Counted from the stretch's first letter, positions 50,102 to 61,508 are shown. The stretch: DNA of 64,000 nt from Acidobacteriota bacterium (GCA_963664705.1 OY761556.1:3520001-3584000), one strand, 5' to 3'. Notes: generated from the letters alone by a model not told the origin. Numbers and translations: made by a program.

Positions 50102-50959
50102 ATGAGACGGAATATAATTACGATCGACCAGGAAAAATGTAATGGCTGCGGCATGTGCGCGAGCTCATGCCCGGAAGGTGCCTTACAGGTTATTGATGGC
50201 AAAGCGCGACTGGTGGGAGACCTGCTTTGCGACGGGCTGGGAGCCTGTCTGAGCTCATGTCCTGAAGATGCCATCAAAATCGAAAACCGTGAGGCAGAAC
50301 CGTATAACGAGCTCGTGGTCATTAAGAACATCATTCGCCAGGGCCCCAATGTTCTCCTGGCTCACCTCGAGCACCTGAAAAGCCATCGCCAGCTTACCTA
50401 CCTGGATCAAGCCCTCTCCTATCTTCGCGAAAACAAGATCCCCGTGGATCTTCCGTCTGAATTTGCAGAACAACAAGTGCAGGCAGCTGCGCCGAGACAA
50501 TGCCCGGGATCCATGAATCGCTCCTTTGCGGTTTCACCGGAGCCTCTCGACAATCAGAAAACTCCATCGCAACTCTCACACTGGCCCGTTCAGCTCCATC
50601 TGCTATCGCCCCAGGCCCCGCAATACCGGGATTCGGACCTGCTGGTTGCCGCCGACTGCGTGCCTTTTGCCTTCGCCGATTTCCATCGAGACTACCTGAA
50701 AGGACGAACGCTCGCGATTGCCTGCCCCAAGCTCGATTCCAGGCAGGAGGTATACACGGAAAAGCTGGTGGCGATGATTGACCAGGCCGAGGTTCGATCC
50801 ATTCGCATCATGATCATGCAGGTTCCCTGCTGCTCGGGATTGCTGCGACATGTGGTGGACGCGGCCGGCCGGGCAAAGAGAAAAGTGCCTATCAGTTGCG
50901 TGATCGTAGGTATCAGCGGCGAAATATTGAGCGATACGCCCATCGATATCAATCAATAG
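50102..50959 (+). CDS. 4Fe-4S dicluster domain protein
   Basis: CNGCGMCASSCPEG, CDGLGACLSSCP, CPGS, WPVQLHL, AADC, ACPKLD, VPCCSG. Confidence 0.88.
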   Translation: MRRNIITIDQEKCNGCGMCASSCPEGALQVIDGKARLVGDLLCDGLGACLSSCPEDAIKIENREAEPYNELVVIKNIIRQGPNVLLAHLEHLKSHRQLTYLDQALSYLRENKIPVDLPSEFAEQQVQAAAPRQCPGSMNRSFAVSPEPLDNQKTPSQLSHWPVQLHLLSPQAPQYRDSDLLVAADCVPFAFADFHRDYLKGRTLAIACPKLDSRQEVYTEKLVAMIDQAEVRSIRIMIMQVPCCSGLLRHVVDAAGRAKRKVPISCVIVGISGEILSDTPIDINQ

Positions 50960-51004
50960 ATCGGGAGACGAAAGACCGGAGTCAGTGGCCAGGATGAATT
51001 CTGG

Positions 51005-51262
51005 CTACTGGCTGCTGTGTTGCAGGAGTTTCTGCAGTCTGGCGCCTGTAAACTGTCCGGCGAAAAAGGCGCCGATCAGGACGGGGAACGTAATCAGGTG
51101 CCAGCCCAGGCCCAAAAGTATCCGACAAGCCACGACAAGCGGAACTGGCGCATGGATCGCAAGGATCCACTGCACGGAAAACCGGCGCACTCGGGATCTC
51201 CAATACCCAAATGGCAGATTCAAGAGAAAAACAAGAATGGATGCGACCCAGAGCATTTTCAC
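51005..51262 (-). CDS. Small membrane protein
   Basis: NLPFGYWR..VRRFSVQWILAIHAPVP; three hydrophobic segments. Confidence 0.75.
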   Translation of the reverse strand: MKMLWVASILVFLLNLPFGYWRSRVRRFSVQWILAIHAPVPLVVACRILLGLGWHLITFPVLIGAFFAGQFTGARLQKLLQHSSQ

Positions 51263-51466
51263 TATATCGTTCCCCGTATCAAGATAACCTTTCCTTTTCG
51301 ATTATTCCACCTCCCTTTGTCATGACCTGTTAATGCGGTCGGGAACGCCCTGTGGCCCCGGCTGATTCCACAGCTTGACATCGGGGACAGCGCATCGGAG
51401 AATTTCACCTGCTTCAGGATGCCGCGGGAAAACCTTGCGGCAATTCCGGAATGGGAGAACCCCGAT

Positions 51467-52537
51467 ATGTTTAAACGGCTTGGAATAGTTGCAGTCATTT
51501 TTTTATTGGCCCTTTGCAGTGCGATCCCGGCTCAACAAAAGCCGGCGGCTCCCGGACTCACGGTTCCCGCCAATCCTGTCGCGGCCGCCGCTGCAGCCTC
51601 AACAAACGCAGAGTCTGATCTGGTTGTCCTTCGAGTTTCCGGCGAACCCATTACCGAAAAGCAGGTAATGGCGGCCATGGAAGTTTTAGCAAAACAGATT
51701 GTGTTAAAGCCGGATCAGCAGAACCAGCGCAATGCCATCCTGTTCAAGGGAGCGATTGATAATCTCGTCATTACGACATTGCTGAGGGCCGAAGCCAGAA
51801 AACAGAATATATCGGTACCCAAGGAAATGATTGATCAGCAATTCGACTCGTTCGCCAAGCGCTTTCCCAGCATGGAGGAATTCAAAAAAGCGCTGGCTGA
51901 ACACGACTCCAATGAGGAGAAACTGAGAAAGTCCATTGAGGAAACGCTGAGCGCCCAGGAGGTATTGGAAAAAGTAGCCGATAAGATACCCGATCCTTCT
52001 GACGAGGAAGTGCAGCGGGCTTATGACAACAACCCCTACAGTGTGCCGGAACGTATGCACCTGGCACAGATCTTTATTAAGGCAGATCCAGGCAGCACGC
52101 CTGAACAAAAGGCAGAGCTCAGAAAAAAACTCGAAAGTATTCGAGCCGATATTGAAGCCAAAAAAATTACTTTTGCCGAAGCCGCCGACAAGAACTCACA
52201 GGCTGCCGCAGGGGCGCCCAAAGGTGGAGATATCGGGCTGATTGCAAAAGCGCAGATTACGGTTAAAGAACTTGCAGAAGCGGTATTTTCAACGGCACCT
52301 GGCTCTATGACGCCGGTTATCGAAGGCCCCCAGGGCTTTCACCTTGTAAATGTCATGGACATCAAGCCCGCAGGCAAACGTCCGCTGGAAGAGATAAAGC
52401 CGATGATCCAACAGCAGCTGAAACTGGCGGCCCAGCAATCGGCAACGCGAAAATATGCAGAGGAACTGAAAGCCAAAGCCATGATCGAGCCGTTCATGAC
52501 AGCGGATGAATTTGAGAAGCGCCATCCGGCGGACTGA
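51467..52537 (+). CDS. PpiC-type (SurA/PrsA-like) peptidyl-prolyl isomerase
   Basis: Signal peptide, SurA N-terminal-like region, HLAQIFIK...FAEAA..NS...KGGDIG...PVIEGPQGFHLV. Confidence 0.85.
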   Translation: MFKRLGIVAVIFLLALCSAIPAQQKPAAPGLTVPANPVAAAAAASTNAESDLVVLRVSGEPITEKQVMAAMEVLAKQIVLKPDQQNQRNAILFKGAIDNLVITTLLRAEARKQNISVPKEMIDQQFDSFAKRFPSMEEFKKALAEHDSNEEKLRKSIEETLSAQEVLEKVADKIPDPSDEEVQRAYDNNPYSVPERMHLAQIFIKADPGSTPEQKAELRKKLESIRADIEAKKITFAEAADKNSQAAAGAPKGGDIGLIAKAQITVKELAEAVFSTAPGSMTPVIEGPQGFHLVNVMDIKPAGKRPLEEIKPMIQQQLKLAAQQSATRKYAEELKAKAMIEPFMTADEFEKRHPAD

Positions 52538-52605
52538 TTTTGCCTAAAACACAAAGGCGCGAGGCTCAAACCCTCGAGTCCTCGCGCCACAAAACTGCGG
52601 GTCCC

Positions 52606-54441
52606 TTATTCCTTGGGAAGAACCCTGACCGCCCCCTTATCCGCAGACTCTGCAAAAAGAGCATAGGCGCGGAGAGCCGTTGATATCTGCCGCGAGCGTT
52701 TCGGTTTGAATGCAGAAGAACCTTTCGCCAGCTCCTGACCGCGTCTATCGGCAAGTTCCTTATCACTGACCGCCAGTTCGATTTTCCGGCCGGGGATATC
52801 GATGCGAATCGTATCGCCGTTTCGAACCAGTGCAATCGCGCCCTGGGCTGCCGCCTCCGGGGAAACGTGTCCGATTGAAAGCCCTGATGTCCCTCCCGAA
52901 AAACGACCATCGGTAATGAGGGCGCACTGGGCACCCAGGTGCATGGATTTGATGTAGGATGTGGGGTAGAGCATTTCCTGCATGCCGGGACCGCCCTTGG
53001 GTCCTTCATACCGGATAACAACGATATTCCCGGCTTTCACCTCGCCTCCCAGTATCCCTTCAATAGCCAATTCCTGCGAATCGTATACGCAGGCAGTGCC
53101 GGTAAATTGAAAAATGGACGGATCGACGCCGGCTGTTTTTACGATACACCCGTTTTCGGCAATATTTCCGGATAGCACTGCCAGCCCACCGTCCTTGAAA
53201 TAGCAGTGTGCAAGATCACGAATGCACCCGGCCTTTCGATCAAGGTCCGCCTCCGAATAAAATGCATCCTGGGATGCCAGCTCCAGGTTTCGCCCTTTTG
53301 CCCCGGGAGCGCTCAAATACATATGGCGCGCTTCGCTTGATACGGTCGCCCGTGTGATATCGCACGTATCGAGAACAGTCTTCAGGCTTGGCGCATCCAC
53401 GCGCCCGACGGAGGCATCAATCAAGTGGGATCTCTCGAGTTCTCCCAGGATGGCCATAATTCCACCGGCCCGGTGCACATCCTCCATATGGTAGGACGAA
53501 CTGGGCGCCACCTTGCACAGGACGGGAATCTTCCGGGAGAGACGGTCGATATCCGACATCGTAAAATCAACGTCCGCTTCACGGGCAACTGCGAGCAAAT
53601 GCAGCACCGTGTTGGTCGATCCGCCCATCGCAATGTCCAGCGACATTGCATTCAGAAAGGCCTGCCGCGTTGCGATGGACCTCGGCAAAACCGAGATATC
53701 GTCCCGTTCGTAGCGCGCAACGGCCATCTCGACAATCCGTTTAGCGGCCTTTTCGAACAGCTGGATGCGATTCCTGTGTGTGGCCACGATAGTCCCGTTG
53801 CCAGGCAAGGCCATTCCGAGCGCCTCGGCAAGACAATTCATGGAATTCGCAGTGAACATGCCGGAGCATGATCCGCACGTCGGACAGGCGGCCGCTTCCA
53901 GCGTTGAAATCTCCTGGTCGGATACGCTGGGATCGGCCGCGAGAACCATTGCGTCGATCAAATCGTAGCGCTTCGACCCGACGATGCCAGCTTCCATCGG
54001 TCCACCGGAAACGAAGATGGAGGGTATATTCAGCCGCATCGCAGCCATCAGCATGCCCGGAGTGATCTTGTCGCAATTGGAAATGCAGATCATGGCATCA
54101 GCCATATGGGCGTTGACCATGTACTCCACACTGTCGGCGATCAGTTCCCGCGACGGAAGGGAATAGAGCATTCCCTCATGCCCCATGGCAATCCCGTCAT
54201 CGATAGCAATGGTATTGAACTCAGCAGCAAAACAACCCTGTGCTTCAATAATCCGTTTTACCTGCTGCCCGATCTCATGCAGATGAACATGTCCGGGGAC
54301 AAATTGTGTAAACGAGTTGACGATGGCAATCACCGGCTTCCCGATCTGGTCTTCGCGCATTCCGTTTGCGCGCCAGAGACTGCGAGCTCCGGCCATTCGC
54401 CTTCCTTCGGTTGTCGTGGCACTTCTCAGTTTTGTAGGCAT
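52606..54441 (-). CDS. ilvD: Dihydroxy-acid dehydratase
   Basis: [64 protein letters not shown]. Confidence 0.96.
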   Translation of the reverse strand: MPTKLRSATTTEGRRMAGARSLWRANGMREDQIGKPVIAIVNSFTQFVPGHVHLHEIGQQVKRIIEAQGCFAAEFNTIAIDDGIAMGHEGMLYSLPSRELIADSVEYMVNAHMADAMICISNCDKITPGMLMAAMRLNIPSIFVSGGPMEAGIVGSKRYDLIDAMVLAADPSVSDQEISTLEAAACPTCGSCSGMFTANSMNCLAEALGMALPGNGTIVATHRNRIQLFEKAAKRIVEMAVARYERDDISVLPRSIATRQAFLNAMSLDIAMGGSTNTVLHLLAVAREADVDFTMSDIDRLSRKIPVLCKVAPSSSYHMEDVHRAGGIMAILGELERSHLIDASVGRVDAPSLKTVLDTCDITRATVSSEARHMYLSAPGAKGRNLELASQDAFYSEADLDRKAGCIRDLAHCYFKDGGLAVLSGNIAENGCIVKTAGVDPSIFQFTGTACVYDSQELAIEGILGGEVKAGNIVVIRYEGPKGGPGMQEMLYPTSYIKSMHLGAQCALITDGRFSGGTSGLSIGHVSPEAAAQGAIALVRNGDTIRIDIPGRKIELAVSDKELADRRGQELAKGSSAFKPKRSRQISTALRAYALFAESADKGAVRVLPKE

Positions 54442-54608
54442 AAGTCCCCTTTCGATTTCCGGTAAAAGGTCAAAATAGCCCATCCCTGCAACAGAATCAA
54501 CTGACAGCGCTCTTCAAAACTGGTCGCGCGGTTCATCTGGCAAAGTGCAAGGGCTTGAAACGTGTCTGAGCATTGGAACGTTCAATAGGCAAATGCTCGG
54601 ATACGCTG

Positions 54609-54791
54609 TTATTCATCCTCGCGGGAATGGGCAAGGGTCTTAACAACTAAAAGAGCAAAAACAAGCAGAACCGTGACAAGAATGAACCGGTCATTGGAGG
54701 TTCTGACGGGCAGGAGAAGGTACAATGCCGCCAGGATTAATGCTCCATAACAGCCCATGGCGAGGATCAATCTGCGATTGTTCTTTTTCAT
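54609..54791 (-). CDS. Small two-TM membrane protein
   Basis: 60 aa, two hydrophobic segments, co-oriented with neighbours. Confidence 0.6.
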   Translation of the reverse strand: MKKNNRRLILAMGCYGALILAALYLLLPVRTSNDRFILVTVLLVFALLVVKTLAHSREDE

Positions 54792-54852
54792 CGGGGGATT
54801 CGTATGGGATTCGCAGCGTATAAGGCTGCGAATCCCACGGATAGAAATCGTG

Positions 54853-56907
54853 CTATTTTTTGGGCTGCTCCAGACTGGCCGCAGTGAGCGAGGCTACGTC
54901 AATCACCCGCATGGTTTCGTCGCAATTCAGCAGTTTCACTGAATCCTGAAGCATGTGCATGCAATAGGCACATGCCGTCACAATTGTGTCGGCACCGGCT
55001 GCCTGCGCCTGCTTTACGCGCAAATTGTTGATGCGCTCGCCGCGTTTGAGATCCATCCAATAATGCCCGCCGCCCGCGCCGCAGCAGAGGCTTTTTTCCC
55101 GGCGATTTTTCATCTCCACCACCTGGGAATTAGGAATTGTCTTCAGAATTTCGCGCGTCGAATCAAAGATCCTTTGGTAGCGGCCGAGATAGCACGGGTC
55201 GTGATATACAAACTTCCGGGCGGGGCCGGACTGTGTCTTCAGCATATCCAGGTACATCATTTCATGGATATATTCGCTATGGTGGACCACATTAAAGTCG
55301 CCCCCGAACTGTTTGTATTCATGCTTCAGCACGTTGTAGCAGTGCGGACAACCGGTCAGCAAGACCTTGAATTCACGCTGCTTCAGAATCTCCACCTGTT
55401 CCTTCGCCGTCTGCTGAAAGAGCATTTCCTGCCCCATTACGCGAGCCGGATCACCGCAGCATTTTTCGTCGTCTCCCAGCACCCCGAAATCAATGCCGCA
55501 TCTGGTCAAGAGCGCGCAGAGATCCTCGGCAATCTTATGCTTTTGCGGATCGAAGGTAACGCAGCAGCCGATCCAGTACAGAACATCCACTTTCTCTCCC
55601 GGCCCGACCACGCGAACACCCATCTGCTCAATCCAATCCGTACGCTCAGACTGTGGACCGAAAGGATTCCCGTTTGTCTCATAGAGCCGAAGCGCACGTC
55701 CGGCTTCTTCCGGCATGCGTCCCTGGATCAGCACTTCATTGCGGCGGATTTCCATCAGGGTATCGACATGATCGATCAGCGCGGGACAGACTTCCATGCA
55801 GGCACCGCACGTCCGGCAATGCCAGATAAACTCCTCATCGAATGCCTTGCCTACAATGTCGAGGACTTCCGCAGATTCCTGACCGTCTCCATTTTTTCTC
55901 TCCCCGACGTCATTGAGAGATTTTTTCATGCGTGCCACAAGCTGGCGGGGAGTGAAATAGTCCTTGTCCGCCATGTAAGCGGGACAGACTTCCTCGCAGC
56001 GACCGCAGGAAACGCAGGTATCGAGATCCATGCGCTGCTTCCAGGTCAACTCTTCCGCCGTCTGCAATCCGATTTTGAGCTCGGCGTCATCGGCGCTTTC
56101 CATCAGCTTTTCGATGTCCGGCCGCTGCAATTCGCCCCTCGGCTTCAGCTTTGAAAAGAAGACGTTTGTGGGCAGCGAAAGCAGATGGACAAACTTCGTG
56201 TACGGAATCAGGGCAATCCAGCTCATCACCAGAATTGTATGTATCCACCACAGGGATCGGTGAATAGTCTTGCCGATGGAAGGCTCCACGCCGACAAAAA
56301 GGCCGGAAAGCGTTGCCCCTACCGGGGAGAGCATTTTCCACGCATCCCCATTAACCGCGATGCGCAGTCCTTCGACTAAATAGCCCGTGACCACCATGCA
56401 GGCAATCATCAGCAAAACCAGCCCGTCCTCGATTGTGTTGGGGACGGTCTCAGGCTTGCGCACATAACGACGGTATGCGGCCATTCCTACGCCGATAAGG
56501 ACCAGCAACCCTCCCAGTTCCGAGGCAACCGAGAAGAACACATATACAAAGCCTTTGAATATGTTGATTTCTATCCCGAGCAGATGCCCCGCATCATACT
56601 GGATCATGATGATCAGAGTTGTCACAACCAGGGCAATAAAGGAATAAAAGACAAAACAGTGCAAAATGGCCGGAAATGCCGAATTGCGAACCTGCTTCTG
56701 AAGAAAAACCTCGCGCAGCAGAATCCCTAAGCGCTTTCCCCAATCGGCCAACCGTTCGCCGTCACTCTTCCCCTTTCGCCAGAACTCAATACGCTGGTAG
56801 ACGCCCCAGGCGAAAATAGCCAGCGCGATCACAAATAGTGTGTACATTGCCCAAACCTGGGAAATGTTCCACATTAATGGTCGGGTTGCTTCAGAAAGGG
56901 GTGGCAT
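54853..56907 (-). CDS. Membrane-bound Fe-S oxidoreductase (FadF/HdrF-like: NarI-like TM domain, 2x[4Fe-4S], CCG domains)
   Basis: TM N-terminus, CVSCGRCEEVCP, CRTCGACMEVCP, EKCCGD, YHDPCYLGR, CCGAGGG. Confidence 0.9.
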   Translation of the reverse strand: MPPLSEATRPLMWNISQVWAMYTLFVIALAIFAWGVYQRIEFWRKGKSDGERLADWGKRLGILLREVFLQKQVRNSAFPAILHCFVFYSFIALVVTTLIIMIQYDAGHLLGIEINIFKGFVYVFFSVASELGGLLVLIGVGMAAYRRYVRKPETVPNTIEDGLVLLMIACMVVTGYLVEGLRIAVNGDAWKMLSPVGATLSGLFVGVEPSIGKTIHRSLWWIHTILVMSWIALIPYTKFVHLLSLPTNVFFSKLKPRGELQRPDIEKLMESADDAELKIGLQTAEELTWKQRMDLDTCVSCGRCEEVCPAYMADKDYFTPRQLVARMKKSLNDVGERKNGDGQESAEVLDIVGKAFDEEFIWHCRTCGACMEVCPALIDHVDTLMEIRRNEVLIQGRMPEEAGRALRLYETNGNPFGPQSERTDWIEQMGVRVVGPGEKVDVLYWIGCCVTFDPQKHKIAEDLCALLTRCGIDFGVLGDDEKCCGDPARVMGQEMLFQQTAKEQVEILKQREFKVLLTGCPHCYNVLKHEYKQFGGDFNVVHHSEYIHEMMYLDMLKTQSGPARKFVYHDPCYLGRYQRIFDSTREILKTIPNSQVVEMKNRREKSLCCGAGGGHYWMDLKRGERINNLRVKQAQAAGADTIVTACAYCMHMLQDSVKLLNCDETMRVIDVASLTAASLEQPKK

Positions 56908-57012
56908 GTTTTACCTCGCTTCAGATCATTATCTTAAGTGTTTACGGACACACAGCAATCGACCGTCCCGGATAATCGTCCGTACAGCATTGGACGTTCC
57001 ATTCATCGACAG

Positions 57013-57516
57013 CTAATGGCTGACAACTTGTGACTGCTTTTGATGAACCAAACCTGCGAAGTTCATCCGAACTGGTCTTGCAACATGATAACGGTGGGAT
57101 CGAACGGAAGTACCCGGCACGGAAGGCACCCTTGGCAGAACAGGCAGCGATTCGGAACGACGACGGCACTGCTGCGAAACGCGGTCCCACAATAGGGTAG
57201 AACACCGCAGTTTCAGGCCCCGGCGATCCAGTTCTTGAAAAAAAGGCTCCAGATCCGTCATGGATCGCGAAAGCGCCCAGGCCCTTTCACAAAGGACCAC
57301 GTCAAATGTCCGGTCACAGGCCAGCAGCGCTTGAATTCCAGGTCTTTTTAAAATACTCATTCCACTCGTATCGTCTGCAAACCAGCCCACAATTTCGATC
57401 CCATGGTCGGCCGCAAACTGCTTCATGCGTTCATCCTGAATTCCGCGAGGTATAGCATCGCCGGATTCAGCGCATAGCAGATTTCTACTGTACGCAACTG
57501 CCCTTGTCATCATCAT
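57013..57516 (-). CDS. Serine recombinase (resolvase) catalytic-domain-like protein lacking the canonical Ser
   Basis: AVAYSRN..., FAADHGIEIVGWFADDTSG...RPGIQALL...FDVVL...LSRS..DL. Confidence 0.6.
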   Translation of the reverse strand: MMMTRAVAYSRNLLCAESGDAIPRGIQDERMKQFAADHGIEIVGWFADDTSGMSILKRPGIQALLACDRTFDVVLCERAWALSRSMTDLEPFFQELDRRGLKLRCSTLLWDRVSQQCRRRSESLPVLPRVPSVPGTSVRSHRYHVARPVRMNFAGLVHQKQSQVVSH

Positions 57517-57732
57517 TCCCAGATGTTTTGACTATTAAGGCCGACTGGTCCCTATTTTACACTGTGGGCGGGTCATTATAAACGGGAAAGGTCATAGGGG
57601 ATGCCCGGACCAGTCCGATTCCGATGCCCTTTCCCCGCGGAAATGGAGTAATGTATGCCGTATTCGGAAATGCACTTTACTCCAATTCCACTCCGGTGGA
57701 ATAAGGGAGAGCGCGTTTTAAGGAGGGATTCG

Positions 57733-58308
57733 ATGAAAGTTGTTGCGTTCAATGGGAGCCCGAGAAAGCAAGGAAACACATACCTGCTGCTGAACACGGT
57801 TCTGGAAGAGATCCGGCAAGAGGGCATTGAGACGGAATTGGTGCAAATGTCGGAACGTGAACCGATCCGCGGCTGCGTTGCCTGCTATCGATGCATGCAG
57901 CAGAAAAACATGAAGTGCACCATTGAAGCCGATCCGCTCAATGAGTATTTCGAGAAGATTAGCCAAGCGGAAGGCCTTCTCCTGGGATCGCCGGTATATT
58001 TCTCGGATATCACGGCCGGTTTAAAAGGGTTGATTGAACGGTTCGGCATGGTTGGCAGGGCTAACGGAAATGTGCTGCGGCGGAAAGTTGGAGCGGGCGT
58101 TTTGGCCGTTCGCAGAGCCGGGTCCAATCATGCATTTTCGAGCATGAATTATCTTTTTCTAATCAGCGAAATGATCGTTCCGGGCTCGAACTACTGGAAT
58201 ATGGGAATAGGAAGAAATCCAGGCGAAGTGATGGAAGATGCCGAGGGAATCGCTACCATGAAGACTCTCGGGAAAAACATGGCCTGGCTGCTGAAAAAGC
58301 TTTATTAA
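57733..58308 (+). CDS. Flavodoxin family / iron-sulfur flavoprotein
   Basis: MKVVAFNGSPRKQGNT, GCVACYRC..C, LGSPVYF, VRRAG; AGGAGG RBS. Confidence 0.9.
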   Translation: MKVVAFNGSPRKQGNTYLLLNTVLEEIRQEGIETELVQMSEREPIRGCVACYRCMQQKNMKCTIEADPLNEYFEKISQAEGLLLGSPVYFSDITAGLKGLIERFGMVGRANGNVLRRKVGAGVLAVRRAGSNHAFSSMNYLFLISEMIVPGSNYWNMGIGRNPGEVMEDAEGIATMKTLGKNMAWLLKKLY

Positions 58309-58403
58309 CCTCAAAGGCGAAAATAATCAAAGGGTAGCGCATCGATTCATGTCCGCGGGCAGCGGTGTGACTGTCCTTCAGCCGCATATTATTCGGGGGA
58401 CAT

Positions 58404-59648
58404 ATGAAGGAAAACAAAAAAGCTCTATACAGTTCCCGTGAGAAACGCGTTTTGGATGTTGTGGCATTGAACAAGCCGGATCGCGTACCAATTACCGCTT
58501 CGTTTTATTTCTTCCCTGCCCGCCTTTATGGATGCACGTTCCAGGAAATGATGTATGACCTGGACAAAATGTATGACATCAACCTGCGCGCCGTGCTCGA
58601 ATTCGAGCCGGACCTCGTACAAAGTCCATTTGGGACCATTCTGCCCGCATCCGTATTGGATTTGCTTGACTATAAACAGATGGCATGGCCCGGAAACCAG
58701 CTCGGACCTAACGTACCCTTCCAGTTTGTGGAGGGAGAATATATGAAGGCCGAGGAATATGACCATTTTCTCTCCGATCCGATGGATTTTGTCATCCGAA
58801 GATATTGGCCTCGAATTTCCGGTTCGCTGCAGGCCTTGGGCAATCTGCCTCCCTTCAGCAGCCCGACCAGCTTCATGTCCTATGGGATCGTCTCTCTTTT
58901 CAGTTCACCGGAAATGCAGGCGCTCCTCGATACGCTGAAGAAAGCGGGCCGCGAATTCAAGCGGCATAACACCTATGCCCAGCGCTATGAAAAGAAAATG
59001 AGGGCGGAGGGCTTCTTCACACAGGCGGGCGGCTATACCCAGGCTCCGTTCGACACCTTGGGCGACTTCCTGCGCGGGACCAAGGGGATGATGCTCGACA
59101 TGTTCCGCCGGCCCGAACTGGTGATCAAAGCCTGCGAGAAGCTCCTGCCGATGGAAATTGAGCGCGGAATCAACGGGGCGCGCCGATCAGGCGGCAAATT
59201 CGTATTCATTGCCCTGCATAAAGGCCTGGATGGTTTTATGTCTCAGCAGCAATTCGATCGATTCTACTGGCCGACACTTCGCGAGCTGATCATCGCGCTG
59301 GTTAACGCGGACCTGATTCCCTACGTTTTTGTTGAGGGGAAATGCACCAGCCGGCTCGAAGCCATGAAAGACATTCCTGCCGGCAAGGTGATCTATCGTT
59401 TTGAAGCCACCGATATGATGAAGGCCAAAGATGTCTTGCGGGATCGCGTGTGCATTCGGGGCAATGTGCCGATTTCGTTGCTTGCAACGGGCACACCCGA
59501 TGATGTGAAGGCTTACTGCAAGAACCTGATCGATTATGTGGGCCAGGACGGAGGCTTCATGATGGATGCCGCCGCTCACGTCACGGAGGCCAGGCCGGAA
59601 AACCTGCGGGCCATGTTCGATTTCACTAAGGAATACGGGGTTTACTAG
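58404..59648 (+). CDS. Uroporphyrinogen decarboxylase family protein (MtaA/CmuA-like methyltransferase)
   Basis: KPDRVP, APFDTLGDFLRG, FMSQQQFDRFYWP, CIRGNVP, GTPDDVKAYCK, GGFMM. Confidence 0.85.
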   Translation: MKENKKALYSSREKRVLDVVALNKPDRVPITASFYFFPARLYGCTFQEMMYDLDKMYDINLRAVLEFEPDLVQSPFGTILPASVLDLLDYKQMAWPGNQLGPNVPFQFVEGEYMKAEEYDHFLSDPMDFVIRRYWPRISGSLQALGNLPPFSSPTSFMSYGIVSLFSSPEMQALLDTLKKAGREFKRHNTYAQRYEKKMRAEGFFTQAGGYTQAPFDTLGDFLRGTKGMMLDMFRRPELVIKACEKLLPMEIERGINGARRSGGKFVFIALHKGLDGFMSQQQFDRFYWPTLRELIIALVNADLIPYVFVEGKCTSRLEAMKDIPAGKVIYRFEATDMMKAKDVLRDRVCIRGNVPISLLATGTPDDVKAYCKNLIDYVGQDGGFMMDAAAHVTEARPENLRAMFDFTKEYGVY

Positions 59649-59810
59649 AAACGTGTCCGTGAGAAACAGGTGGCCGCCATTCATGCGATAGAGGGCATTT
59701 AGGGAATCCTGATCCAATAAAGTCAAAACTAGCTATCTCGTGTTCCATCACGATCATGCTAAAATTGACACAAGAAATTGTAGTCATTGATCTTTCACGA
59801 GGAGGGATGA

Positions 59811-60596
59811 ATGGCGGACTACGCGAAGCATCTTTACTTGATACTATACCCGAATGAAGCTCTAGTAGCATCGCAGCTTACACCCGAGGAATTCGGGATG
59901 CACTATTCCATCGGCAGCCCGCGCCATTTTACAGGCAAGGTTATTTTTGTCGAAGTGGATATAAACTTCAGGCATCCCTATCTTCGGCTCGATGATTATC
60001 TGAAAGGCGCGGAATCCAACGCACCAGGCAGACCCAAACGGACGAAATTCGTAAAATCCTATCGCGTGCTCGAGCACGTGGAGTTTTCAGCGTTGCAGAA
60101 ACTCTACCTCGTCACAACCGATGGCGGAGTACTGGGTCTGGAAAGAAGCCAGGAACCTTCCTATGCCGAAGGAAAAACGCGCCTTTACCAGGAGATCTGC
60201 CCACTGCGCCTTCTGGTCGCATCCAACCTGGACCCACGTCACTTTGGGCACTACATTACCTCGGAAACGTGGTCCAAGGGCGCGCCAAAGATCTTCTTTA
60301 CAAGATATGACATAGATGTGGATGCGGTTGTGGAGGAAAACGCGGTACATGCATACCACACGGGCCCGCTGCCTAACGTGAATCCCACCAACCTGCCGAC
60401 TGCACTGAAGGAACTCCGAGAAGACTCGGGCAAGAAAACCAAAACGGTAAGCCTGAATCCCAACCTGGATTACATGAGCTACAAGACTATCAAGAGTGGT
60501 TTCTGGTTCTCAGGCGGGGAGGAGACGGTCTTCTACAGGATGCCTGGAATGGATGAGCTTCACGAGAAGCACTATTCCTGGTGGCGGCGGCTGTAA
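59811..60596 (+). CDS. Hypothetical protein
   Basis: 261-aa ORF with GGAGG RBS; no family recognised. Confidence 0.75.
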   Translation: MADYAKHLYLILYPNEALVASQLTPEEFGMHYSIGSPRHFTGKVIFVEVDINFRHPYLRLDDYLKGAESNAPGRPKRTKFVKSYRVLEHVEFSALQKLYLVTTDGGVLGLERSQEPSYAEGKTRLYQEICPLRLLVASNLDPRHFGHYITSETWSKGAPKIFFTRYDIDVDAVVEENAVHAYHTGPLPNVNPTNLPTALKELREDSGKKTKTVSLNPNLDYMSYKTIKSGFWFSGGEETVFYRMPGMDELHEKHYSWWRRL

Positions 60597-60612
60597 AGGA
60601 GATACGCATTTT

Positions 60613-60657
60613 CATTCGCGAAATTCGCGACTGTTTCCGCCGCGAATTTCGCGAATG
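60613..60657. repeat. REP-like palindrome between convergent genes
   Basis: CATTCGCGAAATTCGCG / CGCGAATTTCGCGAATG, 17-bp arms. Confidence 0.7.
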
Positions 60658-60675
60658 GGAAGGCGAAACCCAACC

Positions 60676-61380
60676 TTATTTCTTAAACTGCGCAATAGTA
60701 GAAGTCAACATCACCTTCTGATCCGGTCCAAGCTTGAACACTTCGGTGATTTTTGCGGCATCCACCATGGCTCGCAGGATACAAGCCAGATTTTCGGACG
60801 CGCAGTACAGATACACATTCTGAGCAATGGCTCCGACACCAACCGAACTCCACCACAATCCCACATTTTCTCCGCCATAGCTCATGGTCTTTGTCTTTGC
60901 CAGATTCGCTACATAAACCAGACTTACCGGAGCGGTCTTGGCAAAATCCTGTTTCATAGGACCGGCGCCCCCTTCCAGTCCGCAATTGGCTCGGACATCC
61001 TGCTCAAGAATAACTTTCAGGGCATGCTTTGGCGCATCATAAAGGAAAAGGCCATCGGCGGTTGCAACGTAGATATCAATATTCTGCCAATCAACAGCGG
61101 AAGGGGCCGTGCGGTGATTCCCTTCGGGTCGATTGACGCCATCTGCCGCCCAAAGCAGATTTGATAGAGTCTGCATTGACAGTTTTTCTTCCGGACCGAA
61201 GCCTCCCCGGGTGCTCTTTCTTGCTTTGAGGGCCTGCATCAAAGGCTTGCCGCCGTCGGTCTGGGGCGGCGGAAGCTGGATTACTTTTCCGGCGGATTTG
61301 GCATCCTGCGAAAAGGAAAACAGGGGGCTCATGACCAGCAATACAGCCAGGCACAGACAAGCGACGATTGTTCTCTTCAT
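60676..61380 (-). CDS. Nitroreductase / SagB-ThcOx-like oxidoreductase with signal peptide
   Basis: LPPPQTDGGKPLMQALKARKSTR, LSNLLWAADGVNR, RTAPSA, IAQNVYLYCASENL. Confidence 0.87.
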   Translation of the reverse strand: MKRTIVACLCLAVLLVMSPLFSFSQDAKSAGKVIQLPPPQTDGGKPLMQALKARKSTRGGFGPEEKLSMQTLSNLLWAADGVNRPEGNHRTAPSAVDWQNIDIYVATADGLFLYDAPKHALKVILEQDVRANCGLEGGAGPMKQDFAKTAPVSLVYVANLAKTKTMSYGGENVGLWWSSVGVGAIAQNVYLYCASENLACILRAMVDAAKITEVFKLGPDQKVMLTSTIAQFKK

Positions 61381-61508
61381 CAAAATTCTCCTCTCAAACT
61401 GATCGTGCTTCCATGGATTCAATCATCAGCTGATAATTTACACTTTTATACAGCGGATGCATGCAGGGCGATAGTACTTTTTCCGAAAGGAGAAGGACTC
61501 GCTGCCCG

